Shown piece after piece: positions 43,130-52,913 of a DNA stretch of 64,000 nucleotides. A program made the translations under genes and the position numbers. This DNA comes from an uncultured Acidobacteriota bacterium. Lineage in GTDB: Bacteria > Acidobacteriota > UBA6911. Numbering within the stretch: the stretch's first letter is position 1; every line of letters starts with the position of its first letter. The stretch is from positions 32,001 to 96,000 of the forward strand of contig CAWJKZ010000009.1 of the NCBI GenBank assembly GCA_963843575.1, given 5' to 3'. The notes under the pieces were generated by a model. It searched no databases, was not told where the DNA came from, and saw only the letters and a program-made list of their open reading frames with translations.

Positions 43130-43173
43130 CGAAAAGCGGACAATTTCGGAGGCGTCTATGTCAGGAGGTCTGG

Positions 43174-45166
43174 GTGCGCCATGAAGGTGCACCGTTCTAG
43201 CGGGTGGAAGTCCCGCCCGAGGAGTTTGGTCGATACGCCTCGGTAGCTGTCAGGCGCGGAAAAACCCGAAAAAGGGAAGGCGGGCGACCGCCACCGCGAA
43301 GCCCTGAGACAAAGGCCCCGAAAGGAGGTCGAGCAAGCACGCAGGCCGCAACGCGAGTGAAGCCTGAGCAGGCCCCGATAGCTGTGTCGTGGACGCTGAC
43401 CCATCCCAGATACGGGGAAAGCCGTCGAGGAGGTGGGCGAGGGAATCGACCAATGCCCGCCACCTGTCCACCGGGGTATTGGGCGCAGCATGCGTGCACA
43501 GAACGATGCGCAACATGGGAGACCTGGCGGCGCGTGGGATTAAGACCGAACACGCACGGAAGGCAAGGGGCGTGGCGCGCTCCAGGAGTCGGAGGGGCCC
43601 ATTGTACCGAGGAAGCGGGGTAATGCCCGTGGAGGGAAGGGGCCCTGGTTCAGAGTGCTTCGCGAGGAGCGGACGAGCAGGAGATTGGCGATGAGCCTAA
43701 CACCCGAAACAACCAAGCTCGAAGAGCTTCGAGGGAAGCTGTATTCGAAGGCCAAGACCGAGCCGACGTTCCGGTTCTATGCGCTGTACGACAAGGTCTA
43801 TCGGTGGGACGTCCTGACGGAGGCGCTGCGACTCTCGCGAGAGAAGAACGGTGCCCCGGGAGTGGACGGCCAGACGTTCGATCAGATCAGGGAGTACGGC
43901 GAGGAGCGGTGGCTCCAGGAGCTGCAGCAGGAGCTGCAGGAGAAGACCTATCGGCCCCAGCCTGTCCGGAGGGTGCTGATTCCAAAGCCAGGGGGAGGAG
44001 AGCGGCCGCTGGGAATTCCCACCATCAAGGATCGGGTGGCCCAGACGGCGGCGAAGCTCATTCTGGAGCCGATCTTCGAGGCCGACCTGAGCGATACGGC
44101 GTACGGGTACCGTCCCGGGCGCGGTGCCGTTCGGGCGGTGCAGCAGGTCCATCAGGAACTTCGCCGACGCCGCACCAAGGTCGTCGATGCGGATCTCTCG
44201 AAGTACTTCGACACGATTCCCCACGCGGAGCTGATGACCTGCCTCGCGCGGAGGATCGCAGATGCGGCGATGCTCCATCTCATCAAGATGTGGCTAAAGG
44301 TGCCGGTCGAGGAGAGAGACGAGCAAGGACGGCGGCGGTTCAGCGGCGGCAAGCGCTCCAAGTGCGGGACGCCGCAGGGAGGTGTGGTTTCGCCGCTGTT
44401 GGCGAACATCTACATCAACCGGATGCTCAAAGCGTTCGCCAAGAGCGACCTGATGAGACGGTGCGGGGCCAGGATCGTCAACTACGCCGACGACTTCGTG
44501 GTGCTGTGCGAACACAGCGCGGCGGCAGGTCCTGGCGGAGGTGAGGCGTTGGATCGTTGGGATGAAGCTGAAACTCAACGAAGCCAAGACGTGTCTACGC
44601 GACGCATGGAAGGAAAGCTTCCGCTTCTTGGGATACGAGTTCGGACCGTTGGGGTATCGGCCGACGCGAACGCGCTACCTGGGAGCCCGACCGTCGAAGA
44701 AGGCAATGGAGAAGGTCCGACAGCGGGTGAGCGAAATCCTCTGGCGCGGTCGTACGGAGCGCTGGAAGGACATTTGTCAAGAGCTCAACCAGTACCTCAC
44801 GGGCTGGGCGGCTTACTTCGCCTACGACACCGCCTACCCATCGTTCCGCATCGTGGACATTCACGTCGCGGCACGTGCGAGGAACTTCCTGAGAAGGAGG
44901 CACAAGCTGTCCAGCGGGACAGCGCGGTTCGGCTACGTCGAGGTGCATCGTGACCTTGGTGTTGTCGAGATCCGGAGCCTCCTGCGGTCGCATGCCCCGA
45001 ATGAAATCTGTCCGAGAGCTGGATGCGGGAAATCCGCACGTCCAGTTCGATGAGCGGCGTGGAGGAGACGGGCCCACGGAAGGCCTCGGTGAGCGTGTGG
45101 GCGAAAGCTCACCCGCGTAGTCGGCTCCGACCTTCCTTCAGGTACCGCGCCTCCCGCCGACTCTCC
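43174..45166 (+). mobile_element. Group II intron (ribozyme plus RT ORF)
   Basis: 5' GTGCG; J2/3 GGA 43591-43593 followed by DIII; DV GAGCTGGATGCGGGAAATCCGCACGTCCAGTTC (45016-45048) with AGC triad; DVI stem with bulged A 45160. Confidence 0.92.
43691..45053 (+). CDS. ltrA: Group II intron reverse transcriptase/maturase without endonuclease domain (frameshift ~44525)
   Basis: APGVDG, RPLGIPTIKDRVAQ, DADLSKYFDTIPH, GTPQGGVVSPLLANIY, YADD; domain X (FRFLGYEF, LNQYLTGWAAYF) in ORF 44541-45053. Confidence 0.93.
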
Positions 45167-45225
45167 ATTCAGAACGGCGGCTTCCTGCCGATCGAGAAGA
45201 TCCGGGAGAAGTTCAAGGCGGCGCA

Positions 45226-45692
45226 CGCTTCGACGGGGAAAACGCTGGTGCGGACCAGGCTGTAGCCCATGAACTCGAGAATGGCGGGATCACGGGACCG
45301 CGACACGATCGCCTCGTACAGGCTCCGCGCCTCCGCGCGCGCAAGAATACGCGCCGAAGGCTCGGGGCCGGGACCCTGGAATGTGAACCCGCGCACGACG
45401 GATCCGCCGGGAATCGGGACGATGAGTTCGGCCTCGGTCCGTACCGGTCGGGGTGAAACAGCGAAATGTCCATGGTGGTCGAGGCAGCCCGGTCCCTGAT
45501 CCGGACATCCAGGGCAACCGCCGTGACCTCGGCGGCAGCAGTCCCCCGCACGATCCAGGCGCTGCGTTGAGGCACGATCACCACGGACGCCAAGGCAGGT
45601 TCCCGTGTCTGCGCACGCACGGCTTCGTTGAGCACACCCGACGCGCAGAGCATCAGGAGGGCGATGAGGACCATTCGGCGTAATGTATTCAT
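45226..45692 (-). pseudogene. N-terminal fragment of a secreted VIT-domain protein (frameshifted, truncated)
   Basis: Signal peptide; DVRIRDRAASTTMDI, EAELIVPIP..SVVRGF, EARSLYEAIVSRSRDPAILEF, VFPVEA, then a break. Confidence 0.78.
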
Positions 45693-45721
45693 GCGAGACT
45701 CCTTTCTGCATCCTCTGCCGG

Positions 45722-45767
45722 AATATACGGCTGAGCGGGGGCGTTCCCGTGTAACGCTTGTGTAACG
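45722..45767 (-). promoter_or_regulatory. Putative response-regulator-controlled promoter of the VIT gene
   Basis: Direct repeat GTGTAACG at 45749-45756 and 45760-45767 (11-bp period); TATATT -10-like box on the minus strand at 45727-45722. Confidence 0.5.
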
Positions 45768-45905
45768 AGCGCGGACATCGGTTGAAGCCGCGGAATTGGC
45801 CTTGTGGAGCAGCGTTGCTGTGATTAGGCTGCGAGCAATGGAGGTGCGCGAGGTGCCGGAGCCATCCCCGGGGCCGGGACAGATCCTGCTGCGCGTGCGG
45901 CGCTC

Positions 45906-46962
45906 ATCAACGACTCACCGGCGCATGGCTGGAAATTCGCCCTCCCGGATGTTGCCGCGCTTTTGCGCGCGGCCCTGGATGCCAGAAGACTTTCCGGCGA
46001 GATCGCTGCGTTCGCATCGGCCCCCGCCCCAGCTCGCCATCCTCTATTCCAGAACCTCGATGCTTCAGATCCCGCCGGAGATGCTCACGTGGCGCACAAC
46101 ACCTTGTCTGCGTGAGCTGGCGAACACCTACGAGGCAAGCCGGTTCCTGGACACGCGTACGACCTTCGTTACCGAGCGGCAGATCCTCCGCGGCGATCCC
46201 GCCCGGTAGAAAGTGCTGCTCGTTCCCGCCGCGTCGCACATCAGGGCCGAGGTGGTGCAGTCGGTCAACGACTTCGTGGAAAACGGCGGCACCGCCCTCC
46301 TGCTTCCTTCCTCGTTCGTCAGCGACGAGTACAACCGTCACGCGCATTTCCTCGAACGCATGGGAGTGCAGGTGCGCCGGATCGAACAGATCAGCGCCGA
46401 CCGGACCGGCGAGATCGAGCACGGGTACGATCAGACATTCCACGAGAGAGTCGTCTACCGCCCGAAGGCCCGGCAGACGCTCAAGGTGCGGGCCGCGGGT
46501 CCTTTCTCGCCGGTCCCGCCGGAACTCGAAGGGGAAGGAACACGCCAGGAGATCTCGATTCCCCCTTCCTTCGAAGTGCTCGCCGAATTTTCCAGCGGAC
46601 AGCCGGCACTGGTTACGGTCCCCCGCGGCCGGGGAAGGCTGTTCTATTCGGCCACCGGTTTCCCGCAACAGAGCCTCGGCCTGTTGGGGGACCGCCTGCT
46701 GGATGCGTCCGGCGTCGCGCGGCCGGTCCGGGTGCGGCGCCAGGATGGCAGACCTCCGGCCAACATCGAGGCTCGTACGGTCAAAACGGCGGGCGCAACG
46801 CTGGTGTGCCTCGTGAATTTCGACTGGCAGCCTGCCGACGTCAGGATTGAGCTGGACGGAAAGATCCGTACGAGATTCTACGATCTGAGAAAGCAGACAC
46901 CTCTGAACGAAGGCACGATCCGTTTGAACGCCGGCGAGACGGCGATACTTCGCCTCGACTGA
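45906..46962 (+). pseudogene. C-terminal part of GH42-like beta-galactosidase (trimerisation domain) with in-frame TAG at 46207
   Basis: LAILYSRTS, FVTERQI, R*KVLLVP, FVENGGT, GRGRLFY; preceded by an unrelated Zn-ADH-like scrap MEVREVPEPSPGPGQILLRV (45838-45905). Confidence 0.6.
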
Positions 46963-47004
46963 CATCCGTTGCAGCATTCCGTCGAATTTGCTAGAGTCGG
47001 CGCG

Positions 47005-48561
47005 ATGGTTAGACTGTTGTCGCTCCTCTTCTGGCTGGTGCTGCCGGCCTTTGGCGCTTCCGGCGCACTGCCTCCCGACCGGTGGATTCCGGCCAGGTGG
47101 GAGGGCGGACCGCTGGAAGTGGCGCGCCGCGCTGCCCTGAAAACCACCACTCCGACTGAAGACGCCGCAAGTCGCGAAGCCCTCGCCGGCTGGTATTCCC
47201 CCTCGACGCTCGAATTGCTCGAAGGCACTCCGATCAACTGTCTGCTCGTGACGTTCAGCGCCGGCGGTGATCCTGAGATCGAGCAGCGGCAGCAATCTCT
47301 TCTGCGCGAGTATGCTTCGGCGGCAAAGACCCGCGGCATTGCCATCGTGGGAATCGTTCATCCCGGGAGGGATGCCTCCTCGATCGCTTCGGCAGCCGCC
47401 CGGGTTCAGGTGGACGGACTCGTTCTGGAGGCGGGCTTCCCGGATGCTTCTTCGTTCGTCCGCCAGCTCAGGGAGGCGTTGCAGGCAGGCGGCAAGCCGG
47501 TTCCCGTCGTCTCGATCGAAAAAGAGCCTTTCGAGGCACGCAGGACAACGGCTGCGGTCGCGGCCGTTACGGGCGTCCGGCCGAGTGCACGCGACCTGGC
47601 CGACATGGGGGTCCGGTCCGGGCCGTCGGCGGAGCCATGGATCGAGTCCAACATCTGGCTGGTGCGCTCGCTGCGCGCCGTCGATCCTTCGAAGCCCGTG
47701 TGGATCCATCAGGAGCCGGACGCGGACTCGCCCGGCGATTACCTGCGTTGCGTCGCGGATGCCGCGATGGCCGGGGGGCGCTGGATTGTTTCGCTCGACG
47801 ACAAGTTACGCGCCGGTCTGTACCGGAAGTCGCCGGAGGCGGTTGCGGCATGGCGCAGCATGAGCGGCTACTTGACCTTTGCCGGGGCTCACCGCGACTG
47901 GGAGGGATTTGCGCCCTACGGCCTGATCGCCGTGATAGTCGATGCGTCCGGGGCGAATCCCGAGTTTGCGGACGAATATCTCAATCTTGTCGCCCGCCGC
48001 CACATCCCCTATCGCATTCTCTTCCGCAGCGCCGTGACGGAAACGGCTCTTTCCGGATTCAAGGTAGTACTCGCCGCCGATGTGTCCCGTCCCACGGATG
48101 CCGAGCGGACCGTGCTTCGGAATTTCGCCGAGCAGGGTGGTGTGCTCATCACCGGCCCATCGTGGGGCGGTGCGCCGAAAGATGAGGAATATGCGGGCGT
48201 CCCCGCAGGCAAAGGCCGCGTCATCGTCTACCGGGATGATCCCCCCGATCCCGAGACCGTGGCCCGGGACATGGTCGATCTGCTGGAACCGGAATCGATG
48301 GGCCTTTCGCTCTTCAACGTTCCTTCGGTGCTGGCGTACGTCAGCAGCTGCGCCGAGGGGCGGCTGGTCCAGCTGCTCAATTATGCGACGATGCCTTTTC
48401 CCGGCAAGATTACGGTCCGCATCAAGGGGATGTTCAAGCGTGCCCGGCTGTTCACGCCGGAAGGCCAGCCCTTCGAGCTCCCCGTGCGGGTGAGGGCGAA
48501 TGACTGGACGGAGTTTGTTGTGCCCGGTCTTGCGGTCTGGGGTGCGGTGCTGCTGGACTAG
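47005..48561 (+). CDS. Secreted hypothetical protein with possible GATase-like C-terminal domain
   Basis: Signal peptide; uninterrupted ORF; LRNFAEQGGVLI, GKGRVI, LVQLLNY. Confidence 0.7.
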   Translation: MVRLLSLLFWLVLPAFGASGALPPDRWIPARWEGGPLEVARRAALKTTTPTEDAASREALAGWYSPSTLELLEGTPINCLLVTFSAGGDPEIEQRQQSLLREYASAAKTRGIAIVGIVHPGRDASSIASAAARVQVDGLVLEAGFPDASSFVRQLREALQAGGKPVPVVSIEKEPFEARRTTAAVAAVTGVRPSARDLADMGVRSGPSAEPWIESNIWLVRSLRAVDPSKPVWIHQEPDADSPGDYLRCVADAAMAGGRWIVSLDDKLRAGLYRKSPEAVAAWRSMSGYLTFAGAHRDWEGFAPYGLIAVIVDASGANPEFADEYLNLVARRHIPYRILFRSAVTETALSGFKVVLAADVSRPTDAERTVLRNFAEQGGVLITGPSWGGAPKDEEYAGVPAGKGRVIVYRDDPPDPETVARDMVDLLEPESMGLSLFNVPSVLAYVSSCAEGRLVQLLNYATMPFPGKITVRIKGMFKRARLFTPEGQPFELPVRVRANDWTEFVVPGLAVWGAVLLD

Positions 48562-48586
48562 GCAGAAACTTGCAAGGAGGTTGTTC

Positions 48587-49840
48587 ATGAGATCAGTACG
48601 AGGCGGTATCTCGAGACGTGAGTTCCTGGCGTATTCCAGTGCAGCGGCGGGTATGCTCGCCTCGGGGGGCGCCATTGCATCGCCGAGGATCGTCGCTGCG
48701 CCAACCGCGCCGGTCGCGGTGTCCAGGGTATCCGGTTACGACCAGGACCTCGTCGCCGAGTTCGATCGCATGTTCGACCTGCTGGGCGGAATTGGCCATC
48801 TCGTGCGTGGGAAGACGGTCGGCATAAAACTGAACCTTACGGGGGCTTCTGGCAAAGGAAGACGTACGAACATGAGCGCCGGGCAGTCGACCTGGGTTCA
48901 CCCCAACGTCGTCGGGGCCCTTACAGCGTCGATCGGCAAGCAGGGAGCCAAGAGGATCCGCCTGCTCGAGAGCGTGTCCCGGAAGGGGTTCGGCGCGCTC
49001 GAGGATGCCATGCTGCAGGACGGCTGGGACGTCGAGGCGATCCGCAACGCGGCGCCGAAGGTCGAAATGGAGGACACGAACGGTATCGGGGAAGGCCAGA
49101 AGTATTCCATCCTGCCGGTCAAGTCGAAGCCTTACATCTATCCGGGGTTTGCGTTCAACCACTCCTACGAAGACTGCGATTTCTTCGTCAGCCTGGCCAA
49201 GATGAAGAACCACGAAGAACTGGGTATCACGCTCTCGATGAAGAACTTGTTTGGGATAACTCCCGAGCAGGGGTACGGGATGCTGGATCCGGTTCCAGCG
49301 GGGACCTCCCGATGGACCCGCGAGCGGGTTTTTCATTACGGGCAGGTGCAGCCTCCCGCCGGGGTGCCGCAGGAGATCGACTTCAAATCGAACCGGTACG
49401 AAGGCTGGCGCATGCCCCGTCTCCTGACCGACATTTGCGGCGCCCGTCCGATCGACCTTGCGGTCATCGACGGGATCGAGACGATTGTCGGCGGCGAGAG
49501 CACGGGCATCCCCGGCACCAGGCCGGCGAAACCGAGGCTCCTTGTCGTCGGGTTGAACTGCGTGTGCACCGACACGGTCGCGATGGCCACCATGGGATAC
49601 AACCCGCGGGCGGGGCGTCACGAGGCCCCCTTCGTGCTCATAAAGGCCGGGCACCCTCATCCGGCCGAGCAGGTCATTGCGCCGGGCGAGACGGAACCGT
49701 GGGCCGACAACATCCTGTTAGTGGGCGAGGCGGCCGGGCTTGGCACGGCGGACCTCGGCAAAATCGACGTCCGTGGCGTTCCCATCAAGGATGCCGTGTT
49801 TGATTTCGAAGCCCACAAGAGAGGGCAGGCGCCGGCCTGA
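48587..49840 (+). CDS. Tat-exported DUF362 family protein
   Basis: AGGAGG RBS; SRREFL Tat motif; IKLNL, VHPNVV, AKMKNH..GITLSMKNLFG, DLAVIDGI. Confidence 0.85.
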   Translation: MRSVRGGISRREFLAYSSAAAGMLASGGAIASPRIVAAPTAPVAVSRVSGYDQDLVAEFDRMFDLLGGIGHLVRGKTVGIKLNLTGASGKGRRTNMSAGQSTWVHPNVVGALTASIGKQGAKRIRLLESVSRKGFGALEDAMLQDGWDVEAIRNAAPKVEMEDTNGIGEGQKYSILPVKSKPYIYPGFAFNHSYEDCDFFVSLAKMKNHEELGITLSMKNLFGITPEQGYGMLDPVPAGTSRWTRERVFHYGQVQPPAGVPQEIDFKSNRYEGWRMPRLLTDICGARPIDLAVIDGIETIVGGESTGIPGTRPAKPRLLVVGLNCVCTDTVAMATMGYNPRAGRHEAPFVLIKAGHPHPAEQVIAPGETEPWADNILLVGEAAGLGTADLGKIDVRGVPIKDAVFDFEAHKRGQAPA

Positions 49841-49848
49841 GGACCGGG

Positions 49849-50805
49849 ATGCGTCACGTGATCGCTCCTGTGATTGCTGTCCTGCTGGGCGTGTGCCTGC
49901 AGGCGGTGCAGGGGGCGGAACCGCGGCGGTACAGCGCGGACGCCATGGGCGGGGCGTTCTCGATCGTTCTCTATGGCCCCAACCCCGCAAGGGCGGACCT
50001 GGCCGCCGCAGCTGCGTTCGCCGAACTGACCCGCATCGAAAGTTTCCTGTCGAACTACCGTCCCGACAGCGAATGGAGCCGCACCAACCGCGAGGCAGCG
50101 TTTCGTCCCGTCAAGGTCTCCGCAGAACTCTTCGAGCTGCTTGTCGTGTGCGGCGATTACACCCGGCGGAGCGAGGGGGCCTTCGACATCTCCGTCGGCC
50201 CTTTGATGCGTGCCTGGGGGTTTCGCGGCGGCGGGATGCAGACTCCTGGACGGGAGCTCTCTCTCGTAGGCTTCGATAAAGTGAAGCTCGACGCTGCGGC
50301 GCAAACGGTACGGTTCCTGCGGCCCGGAATGGAACTGGATCCGGGAGGCATCGGCAAGGGCTATGCGGTCGACCGGATGGTGGCGGCACTCAGAAACTGC
50401 GGTATCGACTGTGCCCTGGTATCTGCCGCAGGAAGCACCATATTCGGGATGGGCTCTCCGCCGGGGAGGGGAGGATGGAATGTTGTGATCGAAAGTCCAA
50501 AGTCGCGCCTGAGGACCGCCGGGGAAGTGCAGCTGAAGGATTCCGCCCTTTCCACTTCAGGGATGCGCGAAAAGTCCGTCCGGGCAGACGGCAAGGTGTA
50601 TGGGCACATTATGGATCCGCGCACCGGACGACCGGCCGCCGGCGCGGTGATGGCCGCAGTTACCGGAAAGACGGCCCTCGAGACGGAGGCGTGGACGAAG
50701 GCCGTCTTCATAAACGGAAGTCGCTGGGCGGCAGCCCGGCTCCCGCAGGGCTGCCGGGCGTTCTTTTGCGACGAATCCGCCGCGTGCGGATGGCTGCCGC
50801 GGTAG
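49849..50805 (+). CDS. apbE: FAD:protein FMN transferase
   Basis: AMGG, GAFDISVGPLM.AWG, LDPGGIGKGYAVD, STSG, HIMDPRTG. Confidence 0.92.
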   Translation: MRHVIAPVIAVLLGVCLQAVQGAEPRRYSADAMGGAFSIVLYGPNPARADLAAAAAFAELTRIESFLSNYRPDSEWSRTNREAAFRPVKVSAELFELLVVCGDYTRRSEGAFDISVGPLMRAWGFRGGGMQTPGRELSLVGFDKVKLDAAAQTVRFLRPGMELDPGGIGKGYAVDRMVAALRNCGIDCALVSAAGSTIFGMGSPPGRGGWNVVIESPKSRLRTAGEVQLKDSALSTSGMREKSVRADGKVYGHIMDPRTGRPAAGAVMAAVTGKTALETEAWTKAVFINGSRWAAARLPQGCRAFFCDESAACGWLPR

Positions 50806-50811
50806 GCGCCG

Positions 50812-51625
50812 CTAGGCGTGAGCTTTCCCGTTCTTGCGCGCGGCGCTCAGGATTTCGCGCAGCCGCTTCGCCACGATCATGTCCTCGCCGGGCTGAAGCG
50901 TCATCGAGATGATCTGCAGCTTGTTCTTGTCTTCGGCGGGCGCTTTCGGACCTGGTTTCCCTTCATGCACGACCGGGACGAGACTCGGGTTGCTGGATGT
51001 CAGGACTTCGATCCGCGGCTCGCCGTCGCGCAGCCTCTTGTCGCAGTCGGCGACGGTGAGCCCGAACGCTGCTCGTCCCAGTTGACTGTCAGGGTGGGAT
51101 AACGATTCCCATCTTCGGGGATTGTGATTCCAGTTGTTACGCCGGGCACCGATTCGGGCACCTTCGCGATTCGCTCCACCCGCCGCTTCCATTCGCGGTT
51201 GAGCTCTGCGAGGTCGAGCTTCAGCCAGGCTTCGACGGCGGCCAGGCAGCCGATAATTTCTTCCTTCCCGACCTTCATCGGCCGGCAGACCGTGCTTTCG
51301 TACGGACTGCAGTTGGCGAGGGCCGCTTCGATCAGGTTCTTGCGGCCGAGGAGCAGTCCGGAACATTGCGGTCCCATGAGGCCTTTTCCGCCGCTGAACA
51401 TGTACAGGTCGCACCCCATCTTTGCGTACAGCTTCAGGTTTTCGATCGGGGGAATGCCGGCGGCGTCGTCGAACAGCAAAGGTACCTTCGACGCTTTTGC
51501 GATCGCAACCTGCTTCGCAAGCTTGTCGCCGAGGTCGGTGGTGTAGATCATCGCGGTCTTGTCGCCGAGAGCGTTCTGCAGCTCCTGCTCGCTGTAGAGT
51601 GGATAGGCGAAATAAGCTGCCGGTT
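50812..51625 (-). pseudogene. C-terminal part of SelA-like/DgaE-family PLP enzyme (5'-truncated, frameshift ~51065)
   Basis: PLLFDDAA, FSGGKGLMGPQCSGLLLGR with PLP lysine, RPMKVGKEEIIG, LRDGEPRIEV. Confidence 0.75.
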
Positions 51626-51789
51626 GAGTGATCACACCATCGAGGGAGCCCGCTCTCCGCGTCACCGCCCTGCTTCCGATATGGCCGCAGTACGTCAACC
51701 TCCCGGACCAGCCGCCCCCGATATCTCGTCTGGGTGTGCGACTTTCTCCCGCAACAGCGGAAGGGGATACTGAATTGTGCACAGGTCCT

Positions 51790-52495
51790 AATGCCGGCGC
51801 GCTCGGCAAGCACCTGGTAGTCTATCGAACCGGATGGCGGCAGACTTTCGAGGTGATCGGTGTTACCTCCACCGTCCGCGTCCGGCGGCTCCGCGACGAG
51901 AACATACCCCTCTTCATCCTTTCCCTAAGGCCCGTACCCGAGTCAGATGTCGCTCGTAATGAAAACACGCGAAACGGTGGAGCTCATGGTGCCGCGGATT
52001 CAGTCTGCACTGGAAGCGGCCCACACCGGCCGTGCGGCCTTCGACATACGTCCCATGAGCAGCTATGTCTCGGATTCCATCGGTGACACCCGATTCATCC
52101 TCCTGGTGCTGGCCGCCTTTGCCGCAGCCTCCATACTTCTCGCGGCAGTGGGGCTCTACGGGACCCTCGCCTATCTCACCACCCAGCGCACTCGCGAGTT
52201 CAGCATCCGCCTGGCCCTGGGCTGTCGCGTCAACGCCATCGTGGCGATCGTCATCCGGGAAAGTGTCGCGCTCGCCGCCACCGGTGCGGCCATAGGGTTG
52301 ATCGGAGTAGCCGCCATCACCGGAGTCATCCGCCAACTGCTCTACGGAGTTCGCCCCCTCGACGTCCCCACGCTGCTTGCCGTCGTGGCCCTGGTCGCCG
52401 TCGTCGCCTTGTCCGCCGCCTGCCTGCCGGCTTGGCGCGCCACTCGCATCGATCCTCAGACGTCATTGCGGAGCAGTAAACTCTCCACGCCCACT
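51790..52495 (+). pseudogene. C-terminal fragment of ADOP ABC permease
   Basis: LAAVGLYGTLAY.TTQRTREFSIRLALG, PAWRATRIDP; 5' end missing. Confidence 0.8.
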
Positions 52496-52913
52496 CAGAG
52501 CAAGGCGAACTTGTACGTATTCAAGATGTCCATGAACAGCCATTCATTGTTCGGGTCTGTGAATGAACCCATCGAAGACACGTGGAAGGTGCTTGCCGGG
52601 CGCTCGTAGATGGCATACGCAATCCGTACGAAACTCAAGCAGATGGGCCCGCAGTGTGGAACGAATCAGCCCGGGTTCGTTGATGTCTCCATGCCATCGT
52701 GACCAGGAGGCAGAAGGACGCGGCGGGCCGTGATGCCTTGTCCCGTGAGTCCCATAATGAAGATGCCGCCGCCCTTCGCCGTGATAAAAGGTGGAAAGGT
52801 CAATGATAAGCGGCACAGCTCCAACCGCGCCGGCTGCCATGCCCGTCGTGGCTCACATTGAATCTTGGACAGTCGCCATGCAGCAAAGATGGCGACTGTC
52901 CAAGATTTATTGC

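Larger units (their letters stand above)
40717..43173 (+). mobile_element. Insertion sequence with 18-bp perfect terminal inverted repeats
   Basis: CCAGACCTCCTGACATAG (40717-40734) and CTATGTCAGGAGGTCTGG (43156-43173) bracket a single transposase ORF and cut the SNF2 gene. Confidence 0.92.

Noticed and set aside
43174-45166. Retron, DGR or CRISPR-associated RT
   Set aside because: The RT is flanked by a complete group II ribozyme and has domain X; no template/variable repeat, msr-msd or cas genes.
50812-51625. True selenocysteine synthase selA
   Set aside because: Fragment only, with motifs closer to SelA-like/DgaE proteins and no selB, selC or selD nearby.
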